A stretch of 64,000 nt of DNA from Callorhinchus milii. Taxonomy: Eukaryota. Shown piece by piece: positions 1 to 13,357 of the stretch. Under the pieces are notes generated by a model. It made no database searches. It was not told the DNA's origin and saw only the letters and a list, made by a program, of their open reading frames with translations. A program made the position numbers and the translations under genes. Position 1 is the first letter of the stretch, and every line of letters starts with the position of its first letter. The stretch is from positions 34,846,001 through 34,910,000 of the forward strand of contig NW_024704743.1 of assembly GCF_018977255.1 (NCBI RefSeq). Direction: 5' to 3'.

Positions 1-584
1 CCCTAAGCGTTTTATACAATCAATGGGTAGAATCTTCATCAGGCCAACCAAGAGTGGGCAATAAATATCCTCCATATCCCGAGATTAGTAAAGAAACAAA
101 TTGGGAAGTAAAGGTAATAAATTATATGCGGCAAGGTGGGAAATTGGGATTAAATGATCTGCCATGATATATAACTGAGCAATTTCTTTGTCTTCCTTTT
201 TGGATATTAACACCTTATAAAGAGCTAAGTGTATCATCAGGCTAACATAAATAGAATTACATTACATAGACTGTTACTGCATGGAATGGGCAGTTCAGTC
301 CATGGTGATATTTATTACTCCACATCAGCCTTCGCCTCTCCTAATCCCCCTCTCACATGCTCCACTATTCTCTCCTCTCTCACGTATGCATCAACTTTCC
401 TCTTAAATACGTGAAGCTTCCAGCTTCAGCCACAGCTCCTGGAAATGTATTGCACATTCTCAACAGTCTCTGTGCTTGTTCTTGCTAAACTCCCTTTTAG
501 ATCTGTTACTGGTTATTCTTACAATTATCTTTGGTTTGGGTTCACCAACGAGTGAAAACAGTCTATTAATGTCCACATTATTGA

Positions 585-815
585 ATCATGCCTTCAGCCA
601 CTACACCACAAAGCTATGGAACTCCCTCAATCCATTTGCCTTGCCCCCTCTTTCCCCATTTTCAGGTTGCGCCTGAAGTCCTTCCTCTTCAACTGTGCCT
701 AGTTGAACACAATCACCTTCATCGTCCCACTGGATCGGCATCGGGCTCCGCGATTGTTAAGCACTCTGGCACACTGCCGTGCGTGGAGGGCGCTATATAA
801 ATGCAAGTTGTTGTT
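585..815 (+). mobile_element. L2-type LINE 3' end fragment
   Basis: AFSH..KLWNSL-like remnant followed by the tail gggcgctatataaatgcaag(ttg)n. Confidence 0.75.
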
Positions 816-1344
816 TTTAAATCTTTTCACAATTTTAAACATCTCCACCGGGTCGCCTCTCACTTGTCTCACCTCCAAAGGAAAAAGCTCCAACCTGGCT
901 TAATGAAGTTGAATGAGGTGTAACGCCCTGCTTCACGAAACATCATTTGCTTTTACTTAAATAAAAATAATTATTATTTACGTATAAAAAGGGTTTGGTA
1001 CAGAGGTAGTCTAATCAGGGTTTGGAAATACATTCCTGCTGTTCATGTTGTTCATCAAGAAGGGTGATTCTCACAAGAATGAGTCATAGACCTCCAGTTC
1101 TGTTCTACACAGAAAACCTCAAACTTTTGGTAGGAAGAAAAGCACCCTCCAGTGGATAAATGAGCAAACACAGTGCATGATTGGCAATAAGCCAATACAT
1201 ACCAAGCAGAGTTCCAAGGTTCAATCCTAGTTTATGTTGAGTTAGCCAGTGTGGCAGAATGGGCAGTGTTCAGAGAGGATAAACACAAACATTGTTACTG
1301 CTACTGATTGCTAACTAATAATGCCTTCTGAATGTGTACTCGTT

Positions 1345-1766
1345 TTCGTTTTCAAATTGTTTTCAAACACTTAATTCCCTGGCACCTCCCTACCTATCCG
1401 ACCTGCTTTCCCCCCAACTTCACCATCCACTGTTTCTGCTCGGCTGGCTCCGGCCTCCTATTTGTCCATCGTGCCCTCCGTTCCAAATCGGTGGCCGTGT
1501 CCTCAGCTACCACACCCCGAAACTCTGGAACTCCCTCAAGTTCCAGAGTTCCTTCAATCAAGATCTCCCTCAATCCCTCTGCCTTAACCCCTCCCTCCCC
1601 ACCTTCAAATTCCAGCAAAAGACCTTCCTTTTTGATCATGCTTACAGTCACCTCCCCTGCCCCCCCCCCCCCCCCCTCTACTTCTTCTGGCGCATTGTCA
1701 GACTCCGCCACCGTGAAGCGCTCCGGGACACTACCCGGTGTGAAGGGCGCTATGTAAATACAAATA
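1345..1766 (+). mobile_element. L2-type LINE 3' fragment
   Basis: LAPPYLSDLL...IGGR...PKLWNSL...KTFLFD C-terminal remnant plus L2 tail, interrupted by a SINE. Confidence 0.8.
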
Positions 1767-2082
1767 ATAATAATAATAATCCTTGCATTTGATATAGCGC
1801 TTTTCACGTCGGGAGGACGTCCCAAAGCGCTTCACAGAACATACTGCAAAGTGAATTGACTGTATATTTGTGGGCGAACGCGGCAGCCAATTGCGCACAG
1901 CAATGTCCCACAAACAGTCGTAGATTGAAAATGACCAATTTATTATTGTTTTTGGTTTTTGAAGGGATTATTATTAGGCGTGTAGAGTAAGGAAACTTGC
2001 CCAAGGTTTCGCCCTGCCTGGAATTGAACTCAGGTCTCTCACTTGCAAAGCGAGTGCTCTAACCACTGAGCTACAGGACTCC
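1767..2082 (-). mobile_element. tRNA-derived SINE, short subfamily
   Basis: Head GGAGTCCTGTAGCTCAGTGGTTAGAGC with A/B boxes; body GTGGGACATTGCTGTGCGCAATTGGCTGCCGCG; L2-like tail plus (TTA)n; TSD ACAAATA at 1760-1766 and 2083-2089. Confidence 0.9.
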
Positions 2083-2329
2083 ACAAATAGTTGTTGTTAT
2101 GCAAGTTAATAGTTTGGCCTGGCTGTGTTGCCCTCTTCCAGTTTAATAACTTTCCCATCCTCACCATTAATTGCATCAATATCAATTTACAAAATTCACC
2201 CACCTAGACTTCTGATTGCCTTCAAAATTCACAATCATTAACTTTACAGTAAATCCTGTGAAACACTTTGAGATGTCCTCTTTGAGAAATGTCAAATATA
2301 AGGATTACAATTAACATTAAAAAAAAAAT

Positions 2330-2752
2330 GAATCTTTGCATCTGGTATAGTGTCTTTCATGTCTTTTATGTCAGGAATAAATCTCAAAGCACTTCACAAG
2401 ATTAATTTTTTACTGTGAAGCATAACAACAGACTATTTTGTAGTTGAAGTTGTCAGCCAACCAGACATAGCAATGTCGCTCAAACAGCCTTGAATAGAGT
2501 GACTTATTTTAACTGGGGTATTGTTGGTCAAGACACAGCAGAAACTCCCTTCTCTTTATGAAATAGTGCCATGGGTTCTTTAGCGTCCACCTGAACAGGC
2601 AGATGGGCCTCATCTGAAGGATGGCACATAAAAATGCAGCACATCCCCAGCCCTGTTGAAATGTCAGCCTAAACTGTGGCCTCAAATTGCCAATGTGGCT
2701 TGAACCCACAACCTTCTGAGACGAGAGTGCTACTAACTGAGTGAGACTGACA
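2330..2752 (-). mobile_element. Old Deu-domain SINE (SacSINE1/AmnSINE-like)
   Basis: Reverse complement reads tRNA-like head tgtcagtctcactcagttagtagcactctcg..cagaaggttgtgggttcaag, Deu-like core (ccatggcactatttc..gaagggagtt) and L2-like tail. Related heads at ~17700-17888 (-) and ~20900-20950 (+). Confidence 0.7.
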
Positions 2753-2789
2753 CCCTGTATTATTATTATAGTGCACTTTGACCAAGCAT

Positions 2790-4055
2790 TTAGAATACAT
2801 TAGAATATACAGCACAGAAACAGGCTATTTGGCCCAACCAGTGTTTATGCTCCACACAAACCTCCTCCTGCCCTTCCTCAACTAAGCCTTCCAGCATAAC
2901 CTTCTATTCCTTTCTTCCTCATGTACCTATCTAGCTTTCCCTTAAATATGTCTATGCTATTTGCCTCAACAACTCCTTGTGATAGCCACTACTCTCTGTG
3001 TAAAGAAATTTCTTCTAACTTCCCTATTTGATCTATTGTGACTATTTTATATTGATGGCCCTTGATTTTGGTCTCCCCCTATATCTACCCTATCAAAATC
3101 TTTCATCATTTTAAAGATCTCTATCAGGTCACCCCTTACCCTACTCTTTTCAAGAAAAATACGTCCAAGCATGTTCAGCCTTTCCTGATAGTTATAATCC
3201 CTCAGTTCTGGGATTATCCTTGTGAATCTCCTTTGCACCCTCTCCAGTGCCTTTACATCCCTTGCATAATGTGGGGACCAGAACTGCACAGTATTCCAAG
3301 TGTGGTCTAACCACGGTTCTATAGAAGTTTACCATAACTTCCCTACTTTTCATTTCTATCCCTCTAGAAATTAACCTCAATGCCTGGTTTGCCTTTTTTT
3401 ATGGTCTTATTAACCTACTTTTAGTGAATTGTGTATGGGTACTCTTTGATCCCTTTGCTCCTCTACCCCATTAGGCTTTTTTTTCCAGGATGTGTGTGAC
3501 TTCCTTATTCCTTCTACCAAAATGTACCACTTCACACTTTTCTATATTGAAATGCATTTGCCATTTAAATGCCCATTCAACAAGTTTATTAATGTCTTGC
3601 TGTAATTTGTTGCAGTCCTCCTCTGTATTAACTACTCCCCCCCTCCAGTTTGGTGTGGTCTGCAAATTTTGCAATTGTACTGCTGATTCCTGAGTCCAAA
3701 TCATTAATGTATATTGTGAATACCAGTGGTCCCAATACTGATCCTTGTGGAACATCACTGCCCACCCCCTACCAGTCTGAGTAGCTACCCTTTACCCCTA
3801 CTCTCTGTTTTCTGATTTGTAGCCAGCTTGCTATCCATTCTATATTTCTCCTGACTCCACGTGCTCTGACCTTATTCATTAGTCTATGATGTGGTACCTT
3901 ATCGAACGCCTTTTGGAAATCTAAATATATTACATCTACTACGTTACCCTTGTCTACTCTTTCTGTTACCCCTTCAACGAATTCAATGAGGTTGGTCATG
4001 CTTGACCTTCCTTTTTGAAATCTGTGCTGACTGTTCTTTATTAATTTATCTTGCA
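2790..4055 (-). mobile_element. CR1-type LINE, 5'-truncated and frameshifted RT plus 3' end
   Basis: Fragments FQKGRSSMTNLIEF..DVIYLDFQKAFDKVPH..RKQRV, WQMHFNIEKCEVVHFG, LVRPHLEYC-like and QFWSP..LERVQRRFTR..RGDLIE; tail ...ctgtgctgtatattcta. Confidence 0.92.
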
Positions 4056-5220
4056 TGAAGTACAACATTTAGGTGGCCCAACGTACTTGAAAACCAACAT
4101 GACACCAGAATGCTAGCTGACAAGTTGAATTGCTGCCCCAATTCAGCCTATATTTCACCTAGAAACAGTTGGCTCTAATTTGCTGTATTTCTTAAAATGA
4201 TTTCTTCATAAGCAGTCCAAATTGTATAAATGTGACACTTTCCAATGAGAAGTACCTGAGACACACCCACAGGAGCTCACTGTCATGTCATGTACTTTTT
4301 GAGTAGAGTTCCCTCAGGGTGTCAGAATTCTAACAGGTTCCTGACTAACAAATGGCTTTAAGAAATACAAAAAATTAGACCCCAAGCTCTTGATGCTTAG
4401 AATTGTTGAGATTGTTGTCTGGGCAACAGTTAAAGCAATGTAAAGGGAAGTGGCCACTTCCTGATACAGCAGAATGGAATCATACCGTATCGAGACGAGA
4501 AAAGAGAAAATCGTTAGAATTGATCTGATGAAAGGGATGATTGTTCACACAGCCGAGAGAGACAGAAATAATCCAACAGCTTTGTGATAACGCATTGCAC
4601 ACTAGTAGAGGGAAATTCGCAGCATTTTGTGGGGTGCTTGATGTGATAATTATTCCGTTCCTTAAATATCTCCCAGCACTAAGTTGTCTCCCAAGGCTTT
4701 ATGTTGAATGAGTCCTTTTCATGCTGCTTTTAAAAAAAAATCAACATCACCTTTAATTTTTCCAAGTTCCCTCTGGCTTTAATCATCGACTGTGGAGGCA
4801 ACATTTGGATGCTGCTTGAGAAGATACCAAGTGATTTCAGTCAATCCCCTATTTTAGCCGCATTGAGTACCTAATGCTGATCTCAGTGATCAGGGCAACT
4901 TTCAGCCCAGTGAAATCCACAAGGACAACGTGCCAAGGCTAGCGTGATAACTATCACATCACATGTATTATGCAACCCTGCAAAATTCGCCACATAGAGT
5001 TACTCGAGGGAATGAGGAAGTATGGCACAAAGCCATCACAGCTGCGTAACCTGCCAACAGTGCACAGCACTTTCCTCTCACTGCATCCTGCAGCCAAATA
5101 AACAGCACCAGGAGAAGCTCTCAGTCCAATGTAATCTAAAATTAATTTTAAACTAATCCTTAGAGAATCTTGATACCTATACCAGATTTATTTTTTAGTC
5201 AGTTATCAGTTCTCTCTTGT

Positions 5221-5718
5221 TTTTTGTTGGCGGGTGTCTGACACATGGAGAAACTCATTGCCATGTCCAGTGATAGATTGTTGGAATGGCATGCTCCCTC
5301 TCTTACTGGAGGGACTCAGCAGAATATATAAGGTGCAGGTTGGCAAGAGCAAGGCTTGGGAACCCCAGAATGTGTGTTGGGGTACTGCTGGTGTCCAACC
5401 AGCTAAAACCACATAGCTTGCCATTGATATCCCTGTCTGGCAAGACTTCCCACTGCTTGTCCAGCTACAACCACCATACCCATTAGGGCTTTGTTTTTAA
5501 GGTTAACAGTAGTTGAGTGTGAAGAATCCCTGCCCCAGTGACTGTTCTGCCCTTCCAAGTCCTGCTTGCAATACTGCGGACCTAACTGGCTCAGGAACCA
5601 GACTGCTGAGAAAGCCACAGAGGGATTCCGATATTCCGTTGCCAAACATTCCAGTACAGCTCCAAGGTGAACCCACTTACCTCCCCTCCATGGAGGATAG
5701 TCACTAGTAGGTCATTTT
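5221..5718. repeat. Unclassified dispersed repeat, copy 1
   Basis: Colinear similarity to 12722-13323 (inverted), 32321-32925, 37017-37315, 44228-44480 and 48165-48270. Confidence 0.8.
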
Positions 5719-6165
5719 GACATCCAACAAGCATGAATTTTCACTTTCTTTTATTCCACACAGTGAACAATGGAGGGATTTAACTACTAACCATCAAGTC
5801 AGCAGTGAGTCCTGAATCTGAATTTTCCATACTGTATATACATATGGTGTGAGCAGTGGTGGACTGGCTCCCCAAAAGGGCTTGGGATTTTCATGGAAAA
5901 ACGGGGGCGGGGAGATGGTGGGGGAATTTGTGGGGGTTGCATTAATTATACTTTGCTCACCAGCCTTTTGCTAGTCTGTAATCTGCAAATTTTACATTTT
6001 ATGAACATCACAATCCAATATTCGCAAACCAGAAGCTGCAACTTACACAACAAATCTGGTTTCAAAATGTTGATTTCTAGACACCAATGTTATTGCAAAT
6101 CCAAACAGCAGTTTAATATTCCTCACCATGTTTGGTAGCTGCTCCTCTGCTGTGATATAAACCTA

Positions 6166-6530
6166 TAATAATAATAATCCTTGCATTTGATATAACGCCT
6201 TATCTTTGAGACATCTCAAAGCACTTCACAGCATATAGTGAATTGACTGTATATGCTGTAGGCAAAACACGTAGCCAATTGCGTACAGTAGTGTCCCACA
6301 AAGAGTCGTGAATTGACCAAATTATTATTTTAACAAAAAAAAATTTTGTGAACATATTAGTGAACAGACCCCTGGAAAAGCAATCTGCCAATTGACTAAT
6401 AATCGGGTTCCTACTTACTGCTAGATAAACAGAGGTCTGTAGTGTAAGGAAACTTGCCTAACATTTCACCCTGCCTGGGAATCAAACCCAGGCCCTCTCG
6501 ATTGCAAGGCGAGTGCTCTAACCAATACCC
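6166..6530 (-). mobile_element. tRNA-derived SINE, long subfamily
   Basis: Same head and body as the other copies, plus the internal ctgtttatctagcagtaagtaggaacccg block. Confidence 0.85.
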
Positions 6531-6958
6531 TGCAGCACTTGAACAATAATTTGATAATACTTGCGTTTGATATAGTGCCTTTTACATCAGGAGGAATTTG
6601 CACTTCACAGAATTTAATGTATAGTGCAGTGTACGCAAATGTGACAGTCAATTTGCCCACAGCAATGTCCTACACACAGCCATGAAGTGAATGATCAGTT
6701 TTATGTGGTGGATTGTCGACAGGACACCAGGAGAAACTCCCTTTTCTTTTTGATTAGTACCGTGGGATACTTAACAAGCCAGGTTGATACCTGCTTCAGT
6801 TGGTAGAAATTAAAGTGTTATTTCAACACCTGGTATTGCTCCATTTATAAGGACCTCATCAAGCTGAGGAATATTGTATGGAATAATGACACTGTATTAC
6901 TTTTTTATAAGGAAAACAAATTAGAATATTTTCTATTACAGAGAAAACAAATAAATAT

Positions 6959-7115
6959 GGACAGAAGTCACTGGGAACACTCAGCAGGTCAGGCAGCATC
7001 TATAGAAAGATGAAGGTTTCTGATGAAGGGTAGTGGACCCAAAACGTTGACTCACTTTCCTTTCTCCATAGATGCTGCCTGATCTGCTGAGTGGTCCCAG
7101 CGACTTTCGTTTTTG
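6959..7115 (+). mobile_element. Penelope-like fold-back mini-element with degenerate hammerhead motif
   Basis: Inverted arms 6961-7009 and 7061-7110; 14-bp TSD AAACAAATAAATAT at 6945-6958 and 7116-7129; CTGATGA at 7020. Confidence 0.75.
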
Positions 7116-7262
7116 AAACAAATAAATATAGTGTGCTATGACTCAGCTTCATAGACTGCCTTAGATTCTCTGATTAATGCAGATTTACAGCAGTAATTGG
7201 AGAGGGAGTAGATGTCTATCAATAACAATCCTATTGCTTTGGGAGTGCATTTTCGTCAAGAA

Positions 7263-7533
7263 ATAATAATAATCCTTGGATTTGATATAGCGTTCTATCA
7301 CGTCTTCTAGACGTCTCAAAGCACTTCACAGAATATACCGTAAAGTGAATTGACTGTACATGGGAGAAACGCTGCAGCCAATTGCTCACACCAGTGTCCC
7401 CACAAACAGTCATGGATTGAGTGACCAAATTATTATTACCCTCCGAAAAGCCATCCACCAATCGATTAACAATCGTGTTCCTACTTACTGCGAGGTAAGC
7501 CTAGGTGTGTGGAGTAAGGAAACTTGCCTAATG
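7263..7533 (-). mobile_element. tRNA-SINE, long subfamily, head missing
   Basis: Body and (TTA)n tail present; ends at ggcaagtttccttactcc. Confidence 0.8.
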
Positions 7534-9159
7534 TTTCAAAATTATTGGAGAAGACGATATGCATTCATAATGGACTTTGTAAATAATGTTTAAAATGAAA
7601 TTTGTATTGCTAAGTTCAGTATATTTCCCAGCGGGGAAAAGACACCTATTAAAAATGTCAGTCCATCTCACTTAATTCAACTCCATACAGTTGCATAATA
7701 TTTCACTGTTCTGTGTTGTAAATTCTGTCTGCATAGCGTATTTAAAATTTTATATATATGAAGCAATTTTATTGCAATGAGTGCCTATGGATTGCAGTCT
7801 CTTAAAGAGAACCAGCTGCATAAAGCACTTTGCGAATCCTCCTAAAGTGAAAGGTACTAAATGAATATACATTTTATTGTAAGAACTGAAAGAGATGACA
7901 AAATGATTTCAACCTTAGCCCTGTAACCAGCTCTCTAATTTATCTGTGAAGAGTTTGAGATGTCTTGATGTGATAACAGAGTTATAAAAACTGTGGTTAG
8001 CTGAATATTTTAATTACTCTCATAAAAACATCAGCTTGCAATTAGCCATAACATATAAGGTTAATTCTTCACCCCTCCTCACACGCCATTCCTATATCTC
8101 TTGTTCTCACTTCATTTGTTTACATCAGACTCATTTCTCATTTCCTTTGGTTTCTTTCCTTTTTCATTTCCTCGCAGTTCTGCTTCTAATCTCGAGTTTG
8201 TTTTTACAAGCCTGCTTAATGCCAGGTATTTGGCTGCTATATTAGGAATAATAATAAAAGAATTAGGAGGTGGCGAAAGGGAAGGAAGAGGAGAGTAATT
8301 GTAAAAGGAGCTGGGTCGAAATGTGGCGAGGTATTGACTGGGGGTATCAGGATTCCGCACTGGATCCCTCCTGTTCTGAATAACAAATACATGACCTGGA
8401 TTTGAAGATTTAGTGCAAAATATAGTGCAACCCCATTGTAACAACAGCAACTTGTACTTATGTAGCAACCTTCCGTAAAGATAACATCCCGGTGCAGGAT
8501 CGGGTGATGAGCAATGGAGAGGGAGAGGAAAAGGTGCACTTGTAGAGGAAGGTTTTAGAGAAAGATCCGTTACTGTGAAGCGCTCTGAGATGCCACCCGG
8601 CATGTAGGGCGCTATATAAATCCAAGTTGTTGTTGTTGTTAAGGTGGGATTTAAGGACACATAGAGATTGGGGTGAGAGGAGAGAGGTAGAGACATAGAG
8701 TTCCAGAGGTTAACGCCCGATGATATTGAAGGGGGGCAGAGGCCTGAGTTAGCTTAACTGAGGGAAAGCAGAAGAGTAGTAGTGAGACCATGAGAAAAAT
8801 AGGGAAATTCTAGAATGTGAAGGGATTTATATTTCAGTGTAGCACAACTTTGAACTCAAACCTGCGGGAGACAGTCCAGCCTGGTAAGAATTGGGGTGAT
8901 GGCTGCTGCTTTTAGTACACATTCAATAAAAGTGTTTAATTTTCCCATTAAAATGGCTGACTCCACTCCATTAGGTCATCACTTCCTGTTTTGTAGGCAC
9001 AAGCAAAAAAGGAAGTGACATCAGAGGCAACCTGATATCTTGGAAGTCGGTTGCTTTACTTTCCTGTGCCAAAAGAAATGGCTACCTTCTGGGTATTCAG
9101 GTCACCACCAACATAATTGCAATTATGCAATTGCACAGCAAAGCAGTAATGTTTGCCGA

Positions 9160-9325
9160 TTCGATAAGAGAGAAGTAGATAATTAGTTGGGGAGGACAAG
9201 TTTGCGGGGTTTTGGGGAGAGAGCGGAGGAGTGGGATTGAATTGGATAGCTCTTTTCAAAAGCCAGCACAGACATGATGGGCCGAATGGCCTCCTTCTGT
9301 GCTGTATAATTCTATGATTCTATGT
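9160..9325 (+). mobile_element. CR1-type 3' end
   Basis: Tail tgggccgaatggcctccttctgtgctgtataattctatgattctatg; closely similar copy within 35340-35588. Confidence 0.8.
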
Positions 9326-9559
9326 CAGCGGAGACCTGATACAACAACAGCAACAACTTGCATTTACATAGCACCGTTTACGTGGGGGTAGTGTCCCAGA
9401 GAGCTTCTGATGACCTGGAAATGGGACTTTTTTTAAACAGGAACAAGCTGGTTTGCCGGGGATGAGCTGGCCTACAACACATATGTTCTGTGAAACCAGC
9501 TATCGTACCTCACTATTTTATGGATTCCCAACCACTGCATTATCACAGGGCTTCATTGT

Positions 9560-10232
9560 AGTTACATTTGCAGATGGCACCAACTTAAAGGATTCAGAGA
9601 GGGCAGCCAAGATCTTACTAAAAGAACTTGAGAGAGCAAGCTGTTTATTGGCAAAAGGTGTTCAGTCCAGATAAATGTAAGATACTCCATATAGAAAGTA
9701 AAAGTAGGAGGCACACATACTCCTTGGGCAGGATAGAATTTACCAAGTGTAATGTTGAAATAGATGTAGAAGCGTTAGTTGACTCATCGTTCACCTTGCC
9801 AAAATAGTGTGAGGCAGCAATAAACAAGACAAACAAGATGCGGGGCTGCTTTGCCAAATCACTTGAGCTCAGTTTTCTAGAAGTCATACTCAAGCTGTGT
9901 AGTGCTCCAGATAAGTAGCACTTGGGGTACTGAGTACAATTCTGGTTGGTGCAACATAAGGGAACTGCCCAGGGCCTAGAAAAAGTAGAGAGAGCAACAG
10001 TGTTGATCCCTCATGTTAAAGGGAGGAGTTGTGATGAATGACTAGATAAAGTGTGGCTTTTCAGCCTCAAAAAAAGACGTATCTGTGCAAACATTAGACA
10101 ATGATATAGAGAAAGTAAATCCAGAACAATACTTTCAGCTATTGTAAGTAGAACAATAGAACACAGGTTCAGAAATATGAAGGACAAGTTTAGGACAAAC
10201 ATCAGAAAGTATTTCTGTATACAGAGAGTAAT
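9560..10232 (+). mobile_element. Highly decayed CR1-type RT/C-terminal fragment
   Basis: FADGT remnant, gtacaattctgg (VQFW-like) and terminal ttctgtatacagagagt motif. Confidence 0.6.
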
Positions 10233-12721
10233 TTGGCACTCAATGCCCCGAGAACGCTATGCACATGAAGGGCTATATAAATACAAATTGATGTTGTTGT
10301 AAATAACGGTTGGACTGGATTACAAGAGGCTTGAATTTCAACATGCTCTTAGCCTTAAAACCATTGTCTTGAAATTTAAGATTTGTAGATTATTTTAGAA
10401 GCTGGCTTTCTAAATAAATGTAATCATTTTGCAAAAATGTTACTATCTTAAATTGTAAGACAATGTGTGTTAAGGCTAACAGCATGTGAATTCCAACATC
10501 TGATTGTGAATTCACAACATTGGCCTAATGTAAAATCCTTAAAATTTCACTGAGTAAAAATATTTTAATTGCCAAAAATATACAGTCACTACATTTTACA
10601 GTGATTCTTGTGAAATGCTTCAAGCCATTCTTCCAACATGAAAATGCCATATCAAATGCAAGGTTAAGTTTAGTTTCCATTTACAACCCACTGTAATATG
10701 AATTCCGCTTCAAACACTGCTGTTGGTAGAGTTTTTCCATATCCTTATAACCGTCTTAAAATAAATGTAAGCCCTTCAGTTACTGACTCACTGAGCAGTG
10801 GAAATACAGGGAAACCTGTTTTAGCATAGTGCTTCCTCTAAAGGTGGGTAAGTAATGAACCCGGCATTTTGTGGCATCTGAGCATGACATTTCTGCTATC
10901 ACGAGAATAACGTAAGTGCTGTAGTTATAATCATCATAATAATCCTTACATTTGGTACAGTATCTTTCACATCGATAGGACATCTCAAAATGCTTCACAG
11001 AATACACTGTGAAGTGCAGTGACTGCATTTTGTGGGTGAACTCGGTAGCCCATTTACACACAGCAATGACCCACAGAATGAGTGACCAATTTTATTTGGG
11101 GGAATATTGTCCAGGACATGGGGGAAAATTCCCTTCTCTCTTCGTGAGGACCTCCTGAGCACAGTGAGAGGTTTCCACATGCGCCTGGTACCGGACTGAC
11201 CAAAAAAATGTGCTTCAAAAGAATAGCACAATAGGTTAGGTTGTGCACTGTGAGAGCAGCGTTCTGCTCGTGTGTGCAACGTGCCCCAGTTATGTCACTT
11301 GTGGGTCATGAACCCGGAAGCACTGACCAGCGCCAGCTGTTTTTCAACCTCACTTGTAAACACGGGTGGAATCTTTCTGAACAACCACTCTCACAGTCCA
11401 ACAACCTCGGTATAACGAGATTCCCCAATAATTTCTCTCAATTGACCTGACCAAAACCCTCAGGATTTTGAGATTTAATTAAAAAAACGGTTTGATGGTG
11501 TCATAGGAAGGTGGTAATCAAGTAGGCCAAAGGGCTTTCTTCATCTAAGCTTTTCTGTGATTTTGTGACTGCTGTAGTAATATTTTTAATAAGAAATATC
11601 AAGTGCAGCTGTAAAACCTAACCTCAGATTAAATTAAAATCTAACAAGATTACAGTATTTATCTATTAACACTTTGAATGCTACATCATTCTAGGTCACT
11701 GTATATTTCCTTAATCTTGCTTTCTTATATTCATTGTAGACATCTAGAAAAGTTTATTTTTCAGGTTGCATGTAAAGAAATGGAGTGTGTTCTTTGAATG
11801 TTGAAAATGTTGAGAATTTTACTTCTACAGCAGATGCACTCCACAATGCTATCTTTGGCAACCTTCCCAAAAAATGTGCTATAGCAGGAGATGTGTTATA
11901 CCGAGGGCATTTGATATGCTTTTGAGGGAAACAGAATGTGTTGGAGACTCTTACCGTGAGGAGCTATACAACCAGACTAGTATAAATTAACAGCTTGCCA
12001 AAACATACTATTCTGTTCAAATGCACATTTTTTCGTGATATTTCAAGGCAGCTGGTCACCAGTGTGGCTGAGGTCACTGATCTCTACATGCCAGAGCCAC
12101 TGCCTCACCACCAGCAGGGAGGTGCGCTGGTTGAATCAAAGTGTGTCACTTGTTTCCTTCTATTAAGTTGGAACTTTTTACTTTTGTGAATTGCTCCATC
12201 GAGTGGTCCAGCCCGAGACCCAACAATTGTCACACGCCCAAACCGTTCATTTCAGCGCTTGGTAGCCCTTTGGACACAACCCCACGTCTCCTGAAAGAAG
12301 TGGTTTCAGGAACAGTGTGAATCATGACCATGCAATATGCTGGATGTGAATCAAACTGGGCTCCTCCTCCAAGCTCTATTTACAACAACAAGAATTTGTA
12401 TAGTGCCCTACACGTAGTGGTAAGATCTTGAGCACTTTACAATGATAGGAATGGATACTGAGCAAGGGAAAGAGGAGAGGGAGGGGGAGCCAGTCATAGG
12501 CCTGTTTGAAGAGGTTGGATTTAACGTGGGATTTAAAGACAGAAACAGAGGGAGCAAGGAGGGTAGCGAGAAGGAACAGCTTGATGCTGGGTTTTCCAGA
12601 GGTTAGGTTTTATCCTTCCAGAACACTCACCCTATATGCCTTTCTGTCATAGCATCAAGTTGTTTTTTAATTGCCCAGTATTCTGGTCTCTAACACCTTT
12701 CCTGTCAACCTGTTACAGTTG

Positions 12722-13323
12722 TTAATTAGCCTATAATTCTCCTTCCTTGGTGGGGAGGTAAGTGGGGTCTCCTTGGAACTGGATTGGCTCCAGGATGACA
12801 TGTTTGCCAATCGAATTTCGGAATTGAGCCAGTCTGTGGCATCTCGGTAGTCCGATTCCTGTGCCAGGTGGGTCCGTAGTATTGTACAAAGTCAACCTGG
12901 CTCATTGGCAGGACTTGGAAGAGCAGAGCAGTCATTGGTGGTAGGGAATCATCCCACTCAGCTCCTGTCCGCCCTGCAAGCTAAAGCCCTAATGATAGGG
13001 TGGTCCTAGTTGGACACCAGCGGAAAAGCTTGCCAGGCAGTGATATCAATGGCAAGCTATGCAATTTTAGCTGGTTAGACTCCAGCACTCTCGAAGGCAC
13101 ATTCTGGGATCTCCAATCATTGGCTCTTACCAATTTGCGCCTAATACTTTCTGGAACAGGATGTGTCCCTCCAGGAAGAGAGTGAGCATTCCATTCCAAC
13201 AATCTATCTCTGGGATTTCCATGTGTAGGTGGGATGCATGGAAATCTCAGCTTGGTTTGAATATGCTTAAGCTTGGTGATGGGTTTCCGCATGTATCAGA
13301 CACCTGGCTGACCAAAACAAAAA
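12722..13323. repeat. Unclassified dispersed repeat, longest copy (opposite orientation)
   Basis: Reverse complement aligns end to end with 5221-5718 and 32321-32925; A-rich end ccaaaacaaaaa. Confidence 0.8.
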
Positions 13324-13357
13324 TCTAAGTAAAGAAAAACTTCTTGGTATCTGTTCT

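Noticed and set aside
12105..12128. CTCF-like motif CCAGCAGGGAGGTGCGC
   Set aside because: Only a partial consensus match; not supportable without a PWM score or ChIP data.
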